Shown: positions 46,267 to 55,357 of the stretch, piece after piece
How positions within the stretch are numbered: the stretch's first letter is position 1
How the letters are laid out: each line of letters starts with the position of its first letter
From: Bacteroidota bacterium
Lineage (GTDB): Bacteria; Bacteroidota; Bacteroidia; AKYH767-A; OLB10
Length of the DNA: 64,000 bases
Direction of reading: 5' to 3'
NCBI GenBank assembly: GCA_046340555.1
Contig: JBKDSL010000006.1
Span: 21,480-85,479 of the forward strand
Translations under genes and position numbers: made by a program
Notes under the pieces: generated by a model
What the model was told of the DNA's origin: nothing
What the model saw: only the letters and a program-made list of their open reading frames with translations
Database searches by the model: none

Positions 46267-48696
46267 ATGAAAACGGATTACAAAAAACTGCTTCCGCATT
46301 TGTATGTGGTGTTGTTTTTCATTGCCATCTGCGCCGTTTATTTCAATCCGGTGCTGCAAGGCAAAGGTTTGAGCCAACACGATACCGAACAGTGGGAGGG
46401 AATGGCCAAGGAAATTGCCGATCACCGAGATAAGTTCGGAGAAGAGCCTCTTTGGACTAGGTCCATGTTCGGCGGCATGCCGGCCTATCAAATTTCGGTT
46501 CTTTATCCAAACAATTTAGTTTCTTACGTCAACAAGGTCCTGCTTTTGGGATTTCCGGAACCATACGGCTATGTGCTGCTCTCTTTGTTGGGATTTTATC
46601 TTTTATTGCTTTGTTTCAAATTGGACTGGCGTATGGCGGCTACAGGTGCCATAGCTTACGCGTTTTCTTCATACAATTTCATCATTTTGATGGCTGGGCA
46701 TAATTCCAAATTACATGCTATCGCCTTGATGCCATTTGTTGTGGCAGGTGTGGTGATGGTGTTTAATGGAAGATACCTTTTTGGTGGAGCCGTTACATCC
46801 ATGGGTCTTGCTTTACAGATTTATGCCAATCACTTGCAGATCACCTATTATTTGGCCATAGGGTTGGTCATATTAGGGGTAGTGCAGTTTTTCAAGCATT
46901 TGAAGGAAGGTTTGCTAGGTTCATTTATGAAAGCGGCCATCACACTTGTAATAGCTGCAGGGTTAGCCATCTTACCCAACATTACCAGTCTTTGGGCCAC
47001 AATGGAATATGGCAAGGATACCACACGCGGTCCATCCGAGTTAACCGATAAAAAAGTTTCAAAAGGCCTTGACCAAGATTACGCTTTCGCATGGAGTTAT
47101 GGTATTGGAGAATCAATTACCATGCTTATACCGGATTACATCGGTGGTCCATCTAGCTCTGATATTGGTAAGAACTCCGAGACCTATAAAGCTATGCGCG
47201 ATAACAATGCGGGTATGCAAGCCGATGCTTTCGTAAAGCAAGTGCCTTTGTATTGGGGTAGCCAATCATTCACAGCCGGGCCAGTATACATGGGTGCCAT
47301 TGTGATTTTCCTATTCGTTTTGGGATTGATGTTGGTTAGATCGGAATACCGGATTTGGATGGTTATCGCTACGTTGTTGTTCCTATTCATGTCATGGGGT
47401 AAACATTTCATGGTTTTCAATGATTTTCTTTTCCATTATCTGCCCGGATACAACAAGTTCCGAACCGTTTCCATGTCGTTGGTGTTTTGCGGATTAACAT
47501 TCGTACTGTTGGCGGCATTAGCCTTGAAGGAAATGTTCAATGACAAGCAGGATTTGGAAAGACGTAAGAAGGCGCTTTTGTGGTCGTATTATATAGTTGG
47601 AGGATTGTGTTTGTTATTTGCAACCATCGCTCCTTCGTTCATGGATTTCAGTGCTGAGGTTGATAAGCAATTGGCAGGTGCTGATGGAAAACCCATTCAA
47701 TGGATCATAGATGCTATTCATCAGGATAGGGCATCCGCATTGAGAACAGATGCGTTTAGGTCTTTCGCTTTTATTTCAATCGCATTCGGTTTGATTTGGG
47801 TTTCCTTAAAGGGAATGTTGAAGTCACAGAACGCTGTATTGCTTTTAGCATTATTCATTTTGGTTGACCTATGGGTGGTCGACAAGCGCTATCTGGATGA
47901 CCGCAACTTTGTTTCCAAATCCAGGTTGAAGCAACCTTTTGAGCCCACAGAGGCCGATCAGGCCATCTTACAGGATGCAGAACTTGGGTATCGTGTTTTG
48001 AATACTTCTGTAAGTACTTTCAACGATGCCAGTACTTCATACCTCCATCACAGCATAGGAGGATATCATGGGGCCAAATTGAAACGTTACCAGGAATTGA
48101 TCGAGTACCAGATCAGCGAAAACAATTTGTCTGTTATTGATATGTTGAATACCAAGTACATCATCGGTAACTCGCGCGAAACGGGAGCGCTGATGGTTCA
48201 ACCAAACCGCCAAGCTTGTGGCGCCGCGTGGTTTGTGAAAGAATTCAGGATGGTTGCCAACGCTGACAGTGAAATGACAGCGCTCACCAACTTTAATCCT
48301 GCTCAAACAGCTATCATCGACAAACGATTCGAAGGCAAATTGGAAGGCTTGCAAATGCAATATGACAGTACCGCTACTATTAAGCTTGTTGATTACCGTG
48401 CCAACAGGCTTCAATACCAAACCAGTGCCTTATCAGAACAGTTAGCCGTATTCTCGGAAATCTATTACGACAAAGGTTGGAAAGCCTATGTGGATGGTAA
48501 AGAAGTTCCGCATATCAGAGTGAATTATGTGTTGCGCGCCATGCGGATTCCCGCTGGTCAGCATAAGGTCGAGTTCAAATTCGAGCCCGAGGTATATTAC
48601 ACAGGAGAGAAAATCGCTTTGGCGGGTTCATTGCTTTTGATACTGGCTTTTGTGGGTATCTCGGTTCGTGAGTTTCGAGGACAATCACAATCATAA
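46267..48696 (+). CDS. YfhO family membrane protein (GT-C-like fold)
   Basis: 809 aa with 12 or more TM helices and a C-terminal extracytoplasmic beta-rich domain. N-terminus ...YFNPVLQGKGLSQHDTEQWEGMAKE is typical of Bacteroidota YfhO. Confidence 0.75.
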   Translation: MKTDYKKLLPHLYVVLFFIAICAVYFNPVLQGKGLSQHDTEQWEGMAKEIADHRDKFGEEPLWTRSMFGGMPAYQISVLYPNNLVSYVNKVLLLGFPEPYGYVLLSLLGFYLLLLCFKLDWRMAATGAIAYAFSSYNFIILMAGHNSKLHAIALMPFVVAGVVMVFNGRYLFGGAVTSMGLALQIYANHLQITYYLAIGLVILGVVQFFKHLKEGLLGSFMKAAITLVIAAGLAILPNITSLWATMEYGKDTTRGPSELTDKKVSKGLDQDYAFAWSYGIGESITMLIPDYIGGPSSSDIGKNSETYKAMRDNNAGMQADAFVKQVPLYWGSQSFTAGPVYMGAIVIFLFVLGLMLVRSEYRIWMVIATLLFLFMSWGKHFMVFNDFLFHYLPGYNKFRTVSMSLVFCGLTFVLLAALALKEMFNDKQDLERRKKALLWSYYIVGGLCLLFATIAPSFMDFSAEVDKQLAGADGKPIQWIIDAIHQDRASALRTDAFRSFAFISIAFGLIWVSLKGMLKSQNAVLLLALFILVDLWVVDKRYLDDRNFVSKSRLKQPFEPTEADQAILQDAELGYRVLNTSVSTFNDASTSYLHHSIGGYHGAKLKRYQELIEYQISENNLSVIDMLNTKYIIGNSRETGALMVQPNRQACGAAWFVKEFRMVANADSEMTALTNFNPAQTAIIDKRFEGKLEGLQMQYDSTATIKLVDYRANRLQYQTSALSEQLAVFSEIYYDKGWKAYVDGKEVPHIRVNYVLRAMRIPAGQHKVEFKFEPEVYYTGEKIALAGSLLLILAFVGISVREFRGQSQS

Positions 48697-50020
48697 TCCC
48701 CCAAAATCCATCATTTTGGCTCGGAAAAGGGTTCTGATCATTACCTATTATTGGCCACCCGGTGGAGGCGCTGGCGTTCAGCGTTGGCTGAAGTTTGTTA
48801 AGTATCTTTCTAAGTTTGGATGGGATCCGATTGTTTATACGCCTTCCAACGGTGAGATGCCGGTAATTGATTACTCTTTGGAGCGGGATGTGCCTAAAGG
48901 CGTGACAGTGATCAAAAGGCCCATTTGGGTGCCATATCAATTGTACAAGGTTTTCATTGGTGCCAAAAAAAGTGAAAAAATCAACACGGGATTTTTGACG
49001 GAGAAAAAGCGACCTGGCCTGGCTCAGCGGCTATCTGTATGGTTGCGTGGTAACATATTCATACCGGATGCAAGGTGTTTTTGGATTCGGCCATCGGTGA
49101 GCTACCTTTCCAAATGGATCAAGGAGCATCCTGTAGATGCAATAGTGAGTAGTGGTCCGCCCCACAGCATGCATTTGATTGCACAAAAACTTGCTTCCAA
49201 AGCCAAGCTACCTTGGTTAGCGGATTTTCGCGACCCATGGACGAACATTGATTATTATAATCAGCTAAAACTTTCCGCTTGGGCTGACAAGAGACACCAT
49301 CAGCTGGAGCATTCCGTGGTGGTCAGTGCCAATCGAGTGGTAGTTGTTGGTTCCGGAATGCGCGATGAGTTTTTGCATAACCATGGTATTGATTCAATTG
49401 TGATAACCAACGGCTATGATGCAGATGATTTTCCTGTCTTTTCTGAGGTGGCTAGTACTGGCTTTGTGGTTTCTCATGTTGGTACCTTAGTCCCATCCCG
49501 CAATCCTTTGCAGTTATGGGCTGCTTTGGGCGAACTTGTCAAAGAGCATCATGATTTCGGCCGCTTGTTCAGATTGCGATTAACCGGTAAGGTAGACATT
49601 TCTATTGTCGATGCAATCCAAGCAAATGGGTTGGCCAATCATGTTGAATACGTTGAATATCTTCCTCATGAAAAGGTGGCTGGTGAACTCTCAACCTCCA
49701 CATTGCTGCTTCTGATATTGAATGACACCCCTAATTCCAAAGGGATTCTTACAGGTAAATTGTTCGAGTATCTGGCTGCTAAGCGACCTGTGCTTTGTTT
49801 AGGTCCTACGGATGGCGATGCGGCCAAGATATTAACCGATACAGGATCGGGGTTCACAGCTTCTTTCCACGACAAGCAATCATTAAGGAAACTTTTGCTT
49901 GAATTGTTCAGCCGTTACCAAGCAGGGAAATTGCAGGTAAACATTAGCTCTGTTGAACAGTACTCCCGGGAACAATTGACTCGCAAGTTGGCCGAGGTTT
50001 TAGATGAAATGACAAGTTAA
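48650..50020 (+). CDS. Glycosyltransferase family 4-like (GT-B)
   Basis: Starts RVLIITYYWPPGGGAGVQRWLKFVKYL, with an EYLAAKRPVL C-terminal region. An alternative TTG start at 48716 (LARKRVLII) would remove the 47-nt overlap with yfhO. Confidence 0.65.
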   Translation: MWVSRFVSFEDNHNHNPPKSIILARKRVLIITYYWPPGGGAGVQRWLKFVKYLSKFGWDPIVYTPSNGEMPVIDYSLERDVPKGVTVIKRPIWVPYQLYKVFIGAKKSEKINTGFLTEKKRPGLAQRLSVWLRGNIFIPDARCFWIRPSVSYLSKWIKEHPVDAIVSSGPPHSMHLIAQKLASKAKLPWLADFRDPWTNIDYYNQLKLSAWADKRHHQLEHSVVVSANRVVVVGSGMRDEFLHNHGIDSIVITNGYDADDFPVFSEVASTGFVVSHVGTLVPSRNPLQLWAALGELVKEHHDFGRLFRLRLTGKVDISIVDAIQANGLANHVEYVEYLPHEKVAGELSTSTLLLLILNDTPNSKGILTGKLFEYLAAKRPVLCLGPTDGDAAKILTDTGSGFTASFHDKQSLRKLLLELFSRYQAGKLQVNISSVEQYSREQLTRKLAEVLDEMTS

Positions 50021-50032
50021 ATAATTTCTAGC

Positions 50033-51190
50033 ATGATAAAGATAATCACAGTAATAGGAGCCAGGCCACAATTCATTAAGGCCGCTGCCATTTCAAGGGC
50101 GATTCGTACTTCCTATGCTGATCGCGTTAAGGAAGTGATCGTTCATACGGGTCAACACTATGACCGGGATATGTCTGAAGTGTTTTTCGAACAGCTGGAG
50201 ATTCCCAGAGAAGATTACAACCTTGGAATCGGTTCTGGCTCACACGGTGTTCAGACTGCGGGAATCATAGTAGCTTTGGAGGAAGTCATGCTCAAAGAAA
50301 TGCCGGATGCCGTTATCCTGTATGGTGACACCAATTCAACATTGGCTGGTGCCGTAGTTGCATCGAAATTGCGGGTGCCCATCATACACATAGAGGCTGG
50401 CATGCGTTCATTCACAAAAGAAGTGCCGGAAGAAATCAATCGAATAATGTGTGACCATGTATCCACCTTGCTTTTTACCCCGACTCAAACGGGAGCTGAG
50501 AACCTCTATGCAGAAGGATTCAAAAGGGATAACGTGGGGCCATACCATGTGGATAATCCCAAGGTGATACCTTGTGGTGATATCATGTATGATAACAGCC
50601 TTTACTTTAAGGATGTGGCAATTGCAAACTCTGACATTCTCGGGAAAGTCGGAGTTAAAAAGGATGCGTATGTTCTGGTAACCATACATCGCAACAACAA
50701 TACCGACGACACCGATCGTTTGCGTGACATATTTGAAACCCTGGATCGTTTGTCGGAAGTAAACCAGACGCCCTTTGTTATACCTCTGCACCCTCGCACT
50801 AGAAAGATGTTGGGCTCAATGAGTGACTTGGAGGCTCGTATTTCAGCCAATAAAATCCTGCATATCATTCCACCTGCTTCTTATTTGGATATGATTTGTT
50901 TGGAAGCTAATGCAGAAATGGTTGTTACGGATTCAGGTGGAGTACAGAAGGAGGCTTATTATTTTGAAAAACCATGCGTGATACTTCAAGGTGAAACACC
51001 TTGGGTTGAATTGGTTTCCAATGGCTGTGCCGAGTTGGTAGACGCGGATCCGAACCGAATCGAAGCGGCATTTTATTATTTCAGGAAAAACAGGAATACT
51101 TTGCGATATGCTCCCGTATTTGGAGACGGCAACGCCGCTGAGTTCACCATTGCCAAAATATTGGAATATCTCCCAGTCAATAAGGCTTAG
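50033..51190 (+). CDS. wecB: UDP-N-acetylglucosamine 2-epimerase (non-hydrolysing)
   Basis: MIKIITVIGARPQFIKAAAI, VHTGQHYD, and the DSGGVQKEA motif. Confidence 0.9.
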   Translation: MIKIITVIGARPQFIKAAAISRAIRTSYADRVKEVIVHTGQHYDRDMSEVFFEQLEIPREDYNLGIGSGSHGVQTAGIIVALEEVMLKEMPDAVILYGDTNSTLAGAVVASKLRVPIIHIEAGMRSFTKEVPEEINRIMCDHVSTLLFTPTQTGAENLYAEGFKRDNVGPYHVDNPKVIPCGDIMYDNSLYFKDVAIANSDILGKVGVKKDAYVLVTIHRNNNTDDTDRLRDIFETLDRLSEVNQTPFVIPLHPRTRKMLGSMSDLEARISANKILHIIPPASYLDMICLEANAEMVVTDSGGVQKEAYYFEKPCVILQGETPWVELVSNGCAELVDADPNRIEAAFYYFRKNRNTLRYAPVFGDGNAAEFTIAKILEYLPVNKA

Positions 51191-51240
51191 GATAAATGTT
51201 CGGTAAAACTTTCAATCACCCATTGATTATCAACTAAACC

Positions 51241-53085
51241 ATGTGCGGTATCGCTGGAATATTGGATTTTGAAATGGGGTTAGACGCCTCCAGGCAATTG
51301 ATGGAAGGTATGCTTCGCACACAAGCCCATCGTGGACCAGATGCTACTGGAATATGGAGTGGTGATGGAGTCGTCTTAGGACATAACCGACTTTCAATAA
51401 TTGATTTGTCTGATGCCGCCAACCAACCTATGGAATTCGATGGGTTGGTGCTGGTTTTTAATGGTGAGGTTTACAATTATATCGAGATAAGGAAGGAGCT
51501 GGAACTGCTCGGGCATGTATTCAGCACCTCTTCAGACACAGAGGTGGTTATACATGCGTATCGAGAATGGGGTGGGGGATGTGTCAACAGGTTTATGGGA
51601 ATGTGGGCTTTTGCTATTTGGGATGAGAAAAAACGGGTTCTTTTTGCTAGTCGCGACAGGTTTGGAATCAAGCCCTTTCATTATATCCGATCTGGCAACC
51701 GAATGCATTTCGCCAGTGAGGTTAAATCACTTAAACGATCACCGCTTTTTACCAACGAACTAAATTTGAATCAGGTCTCACGTGGTTTGCAGATGGGATG
51801 GATGAGCTATGGTGAGGAAACTTATTTCAATGCTGTAAAAAACATTCCAGCTGCACATAATATGTATTGCGGTGCAGATGGAGTTCGACTTGAGCGTTAT
51901 TGGGACTTATCCTCATCTGTTAAAACAGATGAAAGTTATGAGGGTAAGGTTGATCGGTTTCGAGAGAAATTTCTTGAAAGTATTAGTCTTCATCTTCGAA
52001 GCGACGTTCCTGTCGCTAGTTGTTTGAGTGGTGGTATTGATAGCTCTTCCATCGTTTCGGCCGTTCAACACGGCGGTCATAAGGGGGCATACAAGACTTT
52101 TAGTATATATTATGAGGGTAAAGGTGATGTTGATGAGCGTTCCTTTGTAAAGGATGTAGTTTCAAGGTATCCACAATTGGAGCCTCATTATTACAGTCCT
52201 ACGGATAATGAGATTTCCGATTCTTACGACCGAGCGCTATATCATTGTGATTTTCCAGCCACAGGAAGCTCGTTCATGTCACAGTACTTCCTGATGCAAT
52301 TGATTTCTCAGAATGGCATTAAGGTTGTTTTGGATGGTCAGGGAGCCGATGAGTATTTGGGAGGATACATGCATACATACTACCGTTTGATAGGGGATAT
52401 GCTCGGGACTTTTGGTTTTGGAAATGCCATAAGTGCTACTCGCTCAGTGACCAATAATATTGGACTTGGCACTGCTGGTAAGTTGGCGCATTTGGGTAAA
52501 AGCTTTTTGAACGTAGTGCTGTCTGAACAGCAGTTGTATGGACTGGAATACAAAAAGTACTATCCATTCCTATCAATAAACAAATCCGATACGGTACCTT
52601 TTAATCTGCAAGCAGACGGTCAAACGCGCGTAGATAAATTTTTATACAACTTGTTGTTCAGTACAAGTTTGCCAACATTATTGCATTTTGAGGATCGTAA
52701 TTCAATGGCATTCTCTATAGAATCTCGCGTTCCATTCCTGGATCATCGATTGGTGGAATATGCATTTTCTTTGAATGATGCGGATCGAATAACTCCAGAG
52801 AGGACCAAGAGGATATTGCGGGATGCTATGCGCGGTATTATACCCGATTCCGTATATAACCGAAAAGACAAAAAAGGTTTTGTCACCCCAGGTGAAAGCA
52901 AGTGGCTTCGTGGTCCGCTTTCCAGACTGGTTTCATCTGATATGAAAATACCTGATTTTTTAGATAAGGAGCGTGTAGGTAAGTTGTTAACTGACTATCG
53001 TAACGGCGACAATTCCAAAGCAACAATGGTTTGGAGGCTTGCCGTGTTGGTGGATTGGATAGGCAAAGGAAATGGTCATCCTTGA
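51241..53085 (+). CDS. Asparagine synthase (glutamine-hydrolysing) family amidotransferase, second paralogue
   Basis: MCGIAG N-terminus and SGGIDSS PP-loop. 614 aa. Confidence 0.85.
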   Translation: MCGIAGILDFEMGLDASRQLMEGMLRTQAHRGPDATGIWSGDGVVLGHNRLSIIDLSDAANQPMEFDGLVLVFNGEVYNYIEIRKELELLGHVFSTSSDTEVVIHAYREWGGGCVNRFMGMWAFAIWDEKKRVLFASRDRFGIKPFHYIRSGNRMHFASEVKSLKRSPLFTNELNLNQVSRGLQMGWMSYGEETYFNAVKNIPAAHNMYCGADGVRLERYWDLSSSVKTDESYEGKVDRFREKFLESISLHLRSDVPVASCLSGGIDSSSIVSAVQHGGHKGAYKTFSIYYEGKGDVDERSFVKDVVSRYPQLEPHYYSPTDNEISDSYDRALYHCDFPATGSSFMSQYFLMQLISQNGIKVVLDGQGADEYLGGYMHTYYRLIGDMLGTFGFGNAISATRSVTNNIGLGTAGKLAHLGKSFLNVVLSEQQLYGLEYKKYYPFLSINKSDTVPFNLQADGQTRVDKFLYNLLFSTSLPTLLHFEDRNSMAFSIESRVPFLDHRLVEYAFSLNDADRITPERTKRILRDAMRGIIPDSVYNRKDKKGFVTPGESKWLRGPLSRLVSSDMKIPDFLDKERVGKLLTDYRNGDNSKATMVWRLAVLVDWIGKGNGHP

Positions 53086-53154
53086 TCGCTTTTTATTATC
53101 GACATTATAGTATGCACCCTGTAAGTATGTGTTGTTTAAATTATAATAGTAGAG

Positions 53155-54315
53155 TTGACTAAAAGGATTAAAATATTGGCTATCCCCAGTTGGTATCCAT
53201 CGGATTCTAATCCGGGTTTTGGCATTTTTGTAAAGCGTCACTTGGTTGAAGTTTCAAGGTTTTGTGAGGTCCATGTTTTATATTTTAATCTTAATCTTAA
53301 TCAGGGATTGATTGAATCAGGGACTCGATATGAAACTAAAAAAGTTGATGGCGTCCTTGAACATACGGTTCATGTAGCTTCTTCACGAGGTAAGCTTTTT
53401 TCGATATTGCTCATTTGGTATTGGTATGCTCGTTTGGTGTTGTTTGGCCCACTTGGAAATCACGATATCAAGCATATGCACGTTCCATATCATATGGCTG
53501 TTTTTTTAGCACCCTTTCTATTGTTTTCAAGGAAGCCGATGGTGATAACAGAGCATTGGTCGGGTTTTTTTGCAGAGGATGGTCGTTTTGCCAGGCTTCC
53601 TGAACTGTTTCAAAGGACACTGAAGGCGGTATTTAGAAGGGCAAATACTATTACAGTAGTCAGCGAGGCGCTTGCCTCAGCCATCCGTAAGGCCTTTAAT
53701 ATGGATACAGGAATGCAAATCATCCCAAATGTGGTTGATTTGGGTATTCAAGTTAGGAGCACAGAAGGAATTAAGCCCGACAATTTCTTGATGATAGCAA
53801 ATTTCAATAATGTTGAGAAAAACATTACCGGCGTTATTGATGCTTTCGTCGAATTTAGAAGAAGTCACATCAAAGCTACATTGACTATTATAGGAACAGG
53901 CCCTGATTTTGATATGATTCGAAATTATGTTCTAGGGAAAGGTGTTGACAGCAGTTCCATTGATATGCCGGGATATGTGTCTCCTAAAAACCTGATATCT
54001 TATTTTTCGGGTGCTACATGTTATGTATTGAATAGCAATTTCGAGACCTTTTCTATTTCAACTTTGGAGGCCTTGCTTCACGGTGTTCCGGTTATTGTTA
54101 CGAAATGCAAAGGTCCCGAATCATTTGTTAATAGTAAAAACGGAATTTTGGTCGATATTGGATCTGGGGCTCAACTATTATCGGCCATGGAATTGATGTC
54201 GCAAACTTACCTCCATTATAATCCATTGGATATTCGTAAATCAATTCCTGAACAGGTTATAGCCGATACGGGAGAGTCTTTTTATTCTATTTACCGCAAT
54301 CTTATATCTACTTAG
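53155..54315 (+). CDS. Glycosyltransferase family 4 (GT-B)
   Basis: TTG start; E-x7-E region (FETFSISTLEALLHGVPVIVT). Confidence 0.7.
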   Translation: MTKRIKILAIPSWYPSDSNPGFGIFVKRHLVEVSRFCEVHVLYFNLNLNQGLIESGTRYETKKVDGVLEHTVHVASSRGKLFSILLIWYWYARLVLFGPLGNHDIKHMHVPYHMAVFLAPFLLFSRKPMVITEHWSGFFAEDGRFARLPELFQRTLKAVFRRANTITVVSEALASAIRKAFNMDTGMQIIPNVVDLGIQVRSTEGIKPDNFLMIANFNNVEKNITGVIDAFVEFRRSHIKATLTIIGTGPDFDMIRNYVLGKGVDSSSIDMPGYVSPKNLISYFSGATCYVLNSNFETFSISTLEALLHGVPVIVTKCKGPESFVNSKNGILVDIGSGAQLLSAMELMSQTYLHYNPLDIRKSIPEQVIADTGESFYSIYRNLIST

Positions 54316-54324
54316 AATCATAGC

Positions 54325-55173
54325 ATGCTTATAAAAACGATTATCTGCAATATACTAAGGCTTTATGTGCGATATTTCCCGGTTCGCAAGGGTAAGGTTC
54401 CGTTATTGGGATTGTTCGAGCGATTAGGTGTTTTTCAAAACATGGAATTAAACACTAGAATAGCCAATCATACTCGCGTTTTATTGAGTGTTGATGATTG
54501 GGTGCAACGACTGGTTTATTTTTTTGGTGTTTATGAGTATGAAAAAGTTGAAACAGAATTATGGATGGAATTTGCTAAAAAGTCAAATTACATCTTAGAT
54601 ATAGGTTCAAACTTCGGATATTACTCTCTCTTGGCATCCGACGCGAATCCTCAAAGCAAGATTTTAGCATTTGAACCTGCGCCTGCGATGTTTAAAAGAC
54701 TTACTCATAATCTGCATCTTAACGCATATGCCAATGTGGTTCCTATGAACCTAGGGATATCAAACGAAAAAGGTGTGTTCGATTTTTTTGTTGCCGACAG
54801 CAAACACAGCGGTATGTCCGGACTTTCCATGCCAGATGGTGTGGGCGGTCAAAAGATACAAGTTGAAATAGCTACCGTTGACCAAATACTTGCGGATCAA
54901 GGACAATTCAGGCCTGATTTGATTAAAATTGATGTTGAAGGAAATGAGTTGAATGCTTTATTGGGAATGGAGCAAATGTTCGGCTTGGTAAAGCCTGTTT
55001 TTTTTATTGAGATATATGATCGTAACCTGGCAAAGTTTGGGCATAGCAGGCAAATGGTTTTCGATTTTTTCAAACGATTCGGCTACTCCATAATGGAGGT
55101 TGGGCCCCAAAAAAGTCTCCTGAAAATTGAAATCCCAAAAGATATTGGATTGGCTATTTGTATTCCAGATTGA
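54325..55173 (+). CDS. FkbM family SAM-dependent methyltransferase
   Basis: LDIGSNFGYYSL SAM-binding motif I and an AFEP motif, typical of FkbM family members found in glycan loci. Confidence 0.8.
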   Translation: MLIKTIICNILRLYVRYFPVRKGKVPLLGLFERLGVFQNMELNTRIANHTRVLLSVDDWVQRLVYFFGVYEYEKVETELWMEFAKKSNYILDIGSNFGYYSLLASDANPQSKILAFEPAPAMFKRLTHNLHLNAYANVVPMNLGISNEKGVFDFFVADSKHSGMSGLSMPDGVGGQKIQVEIATVDQILADQGQFRPDLIKIDVEGNELNALLGMEQMFGLVKPVFFIEIYDRNLAKFGHSRQMVFDFFKRFGYSIMEVGPQKSLLKIEIPKDIGLAICIPD

Positions 55174-55357
55174 TTCATTTTTTTGAGTTTACCCTCTTGG
55201 TCTTTTCCTAAATAATTGAAATATAGCGCTTTGTGATTTTAAGTCCGCTAATATCATTTTGTAAGAAAATGGTAACAATTGTTTGGGTTTTGGCGTAAAC
55301 AACTGCATTCTCACGGAAATATTGAGCACTGTTGGGGTATCGCCGAAAGGCTAATAA

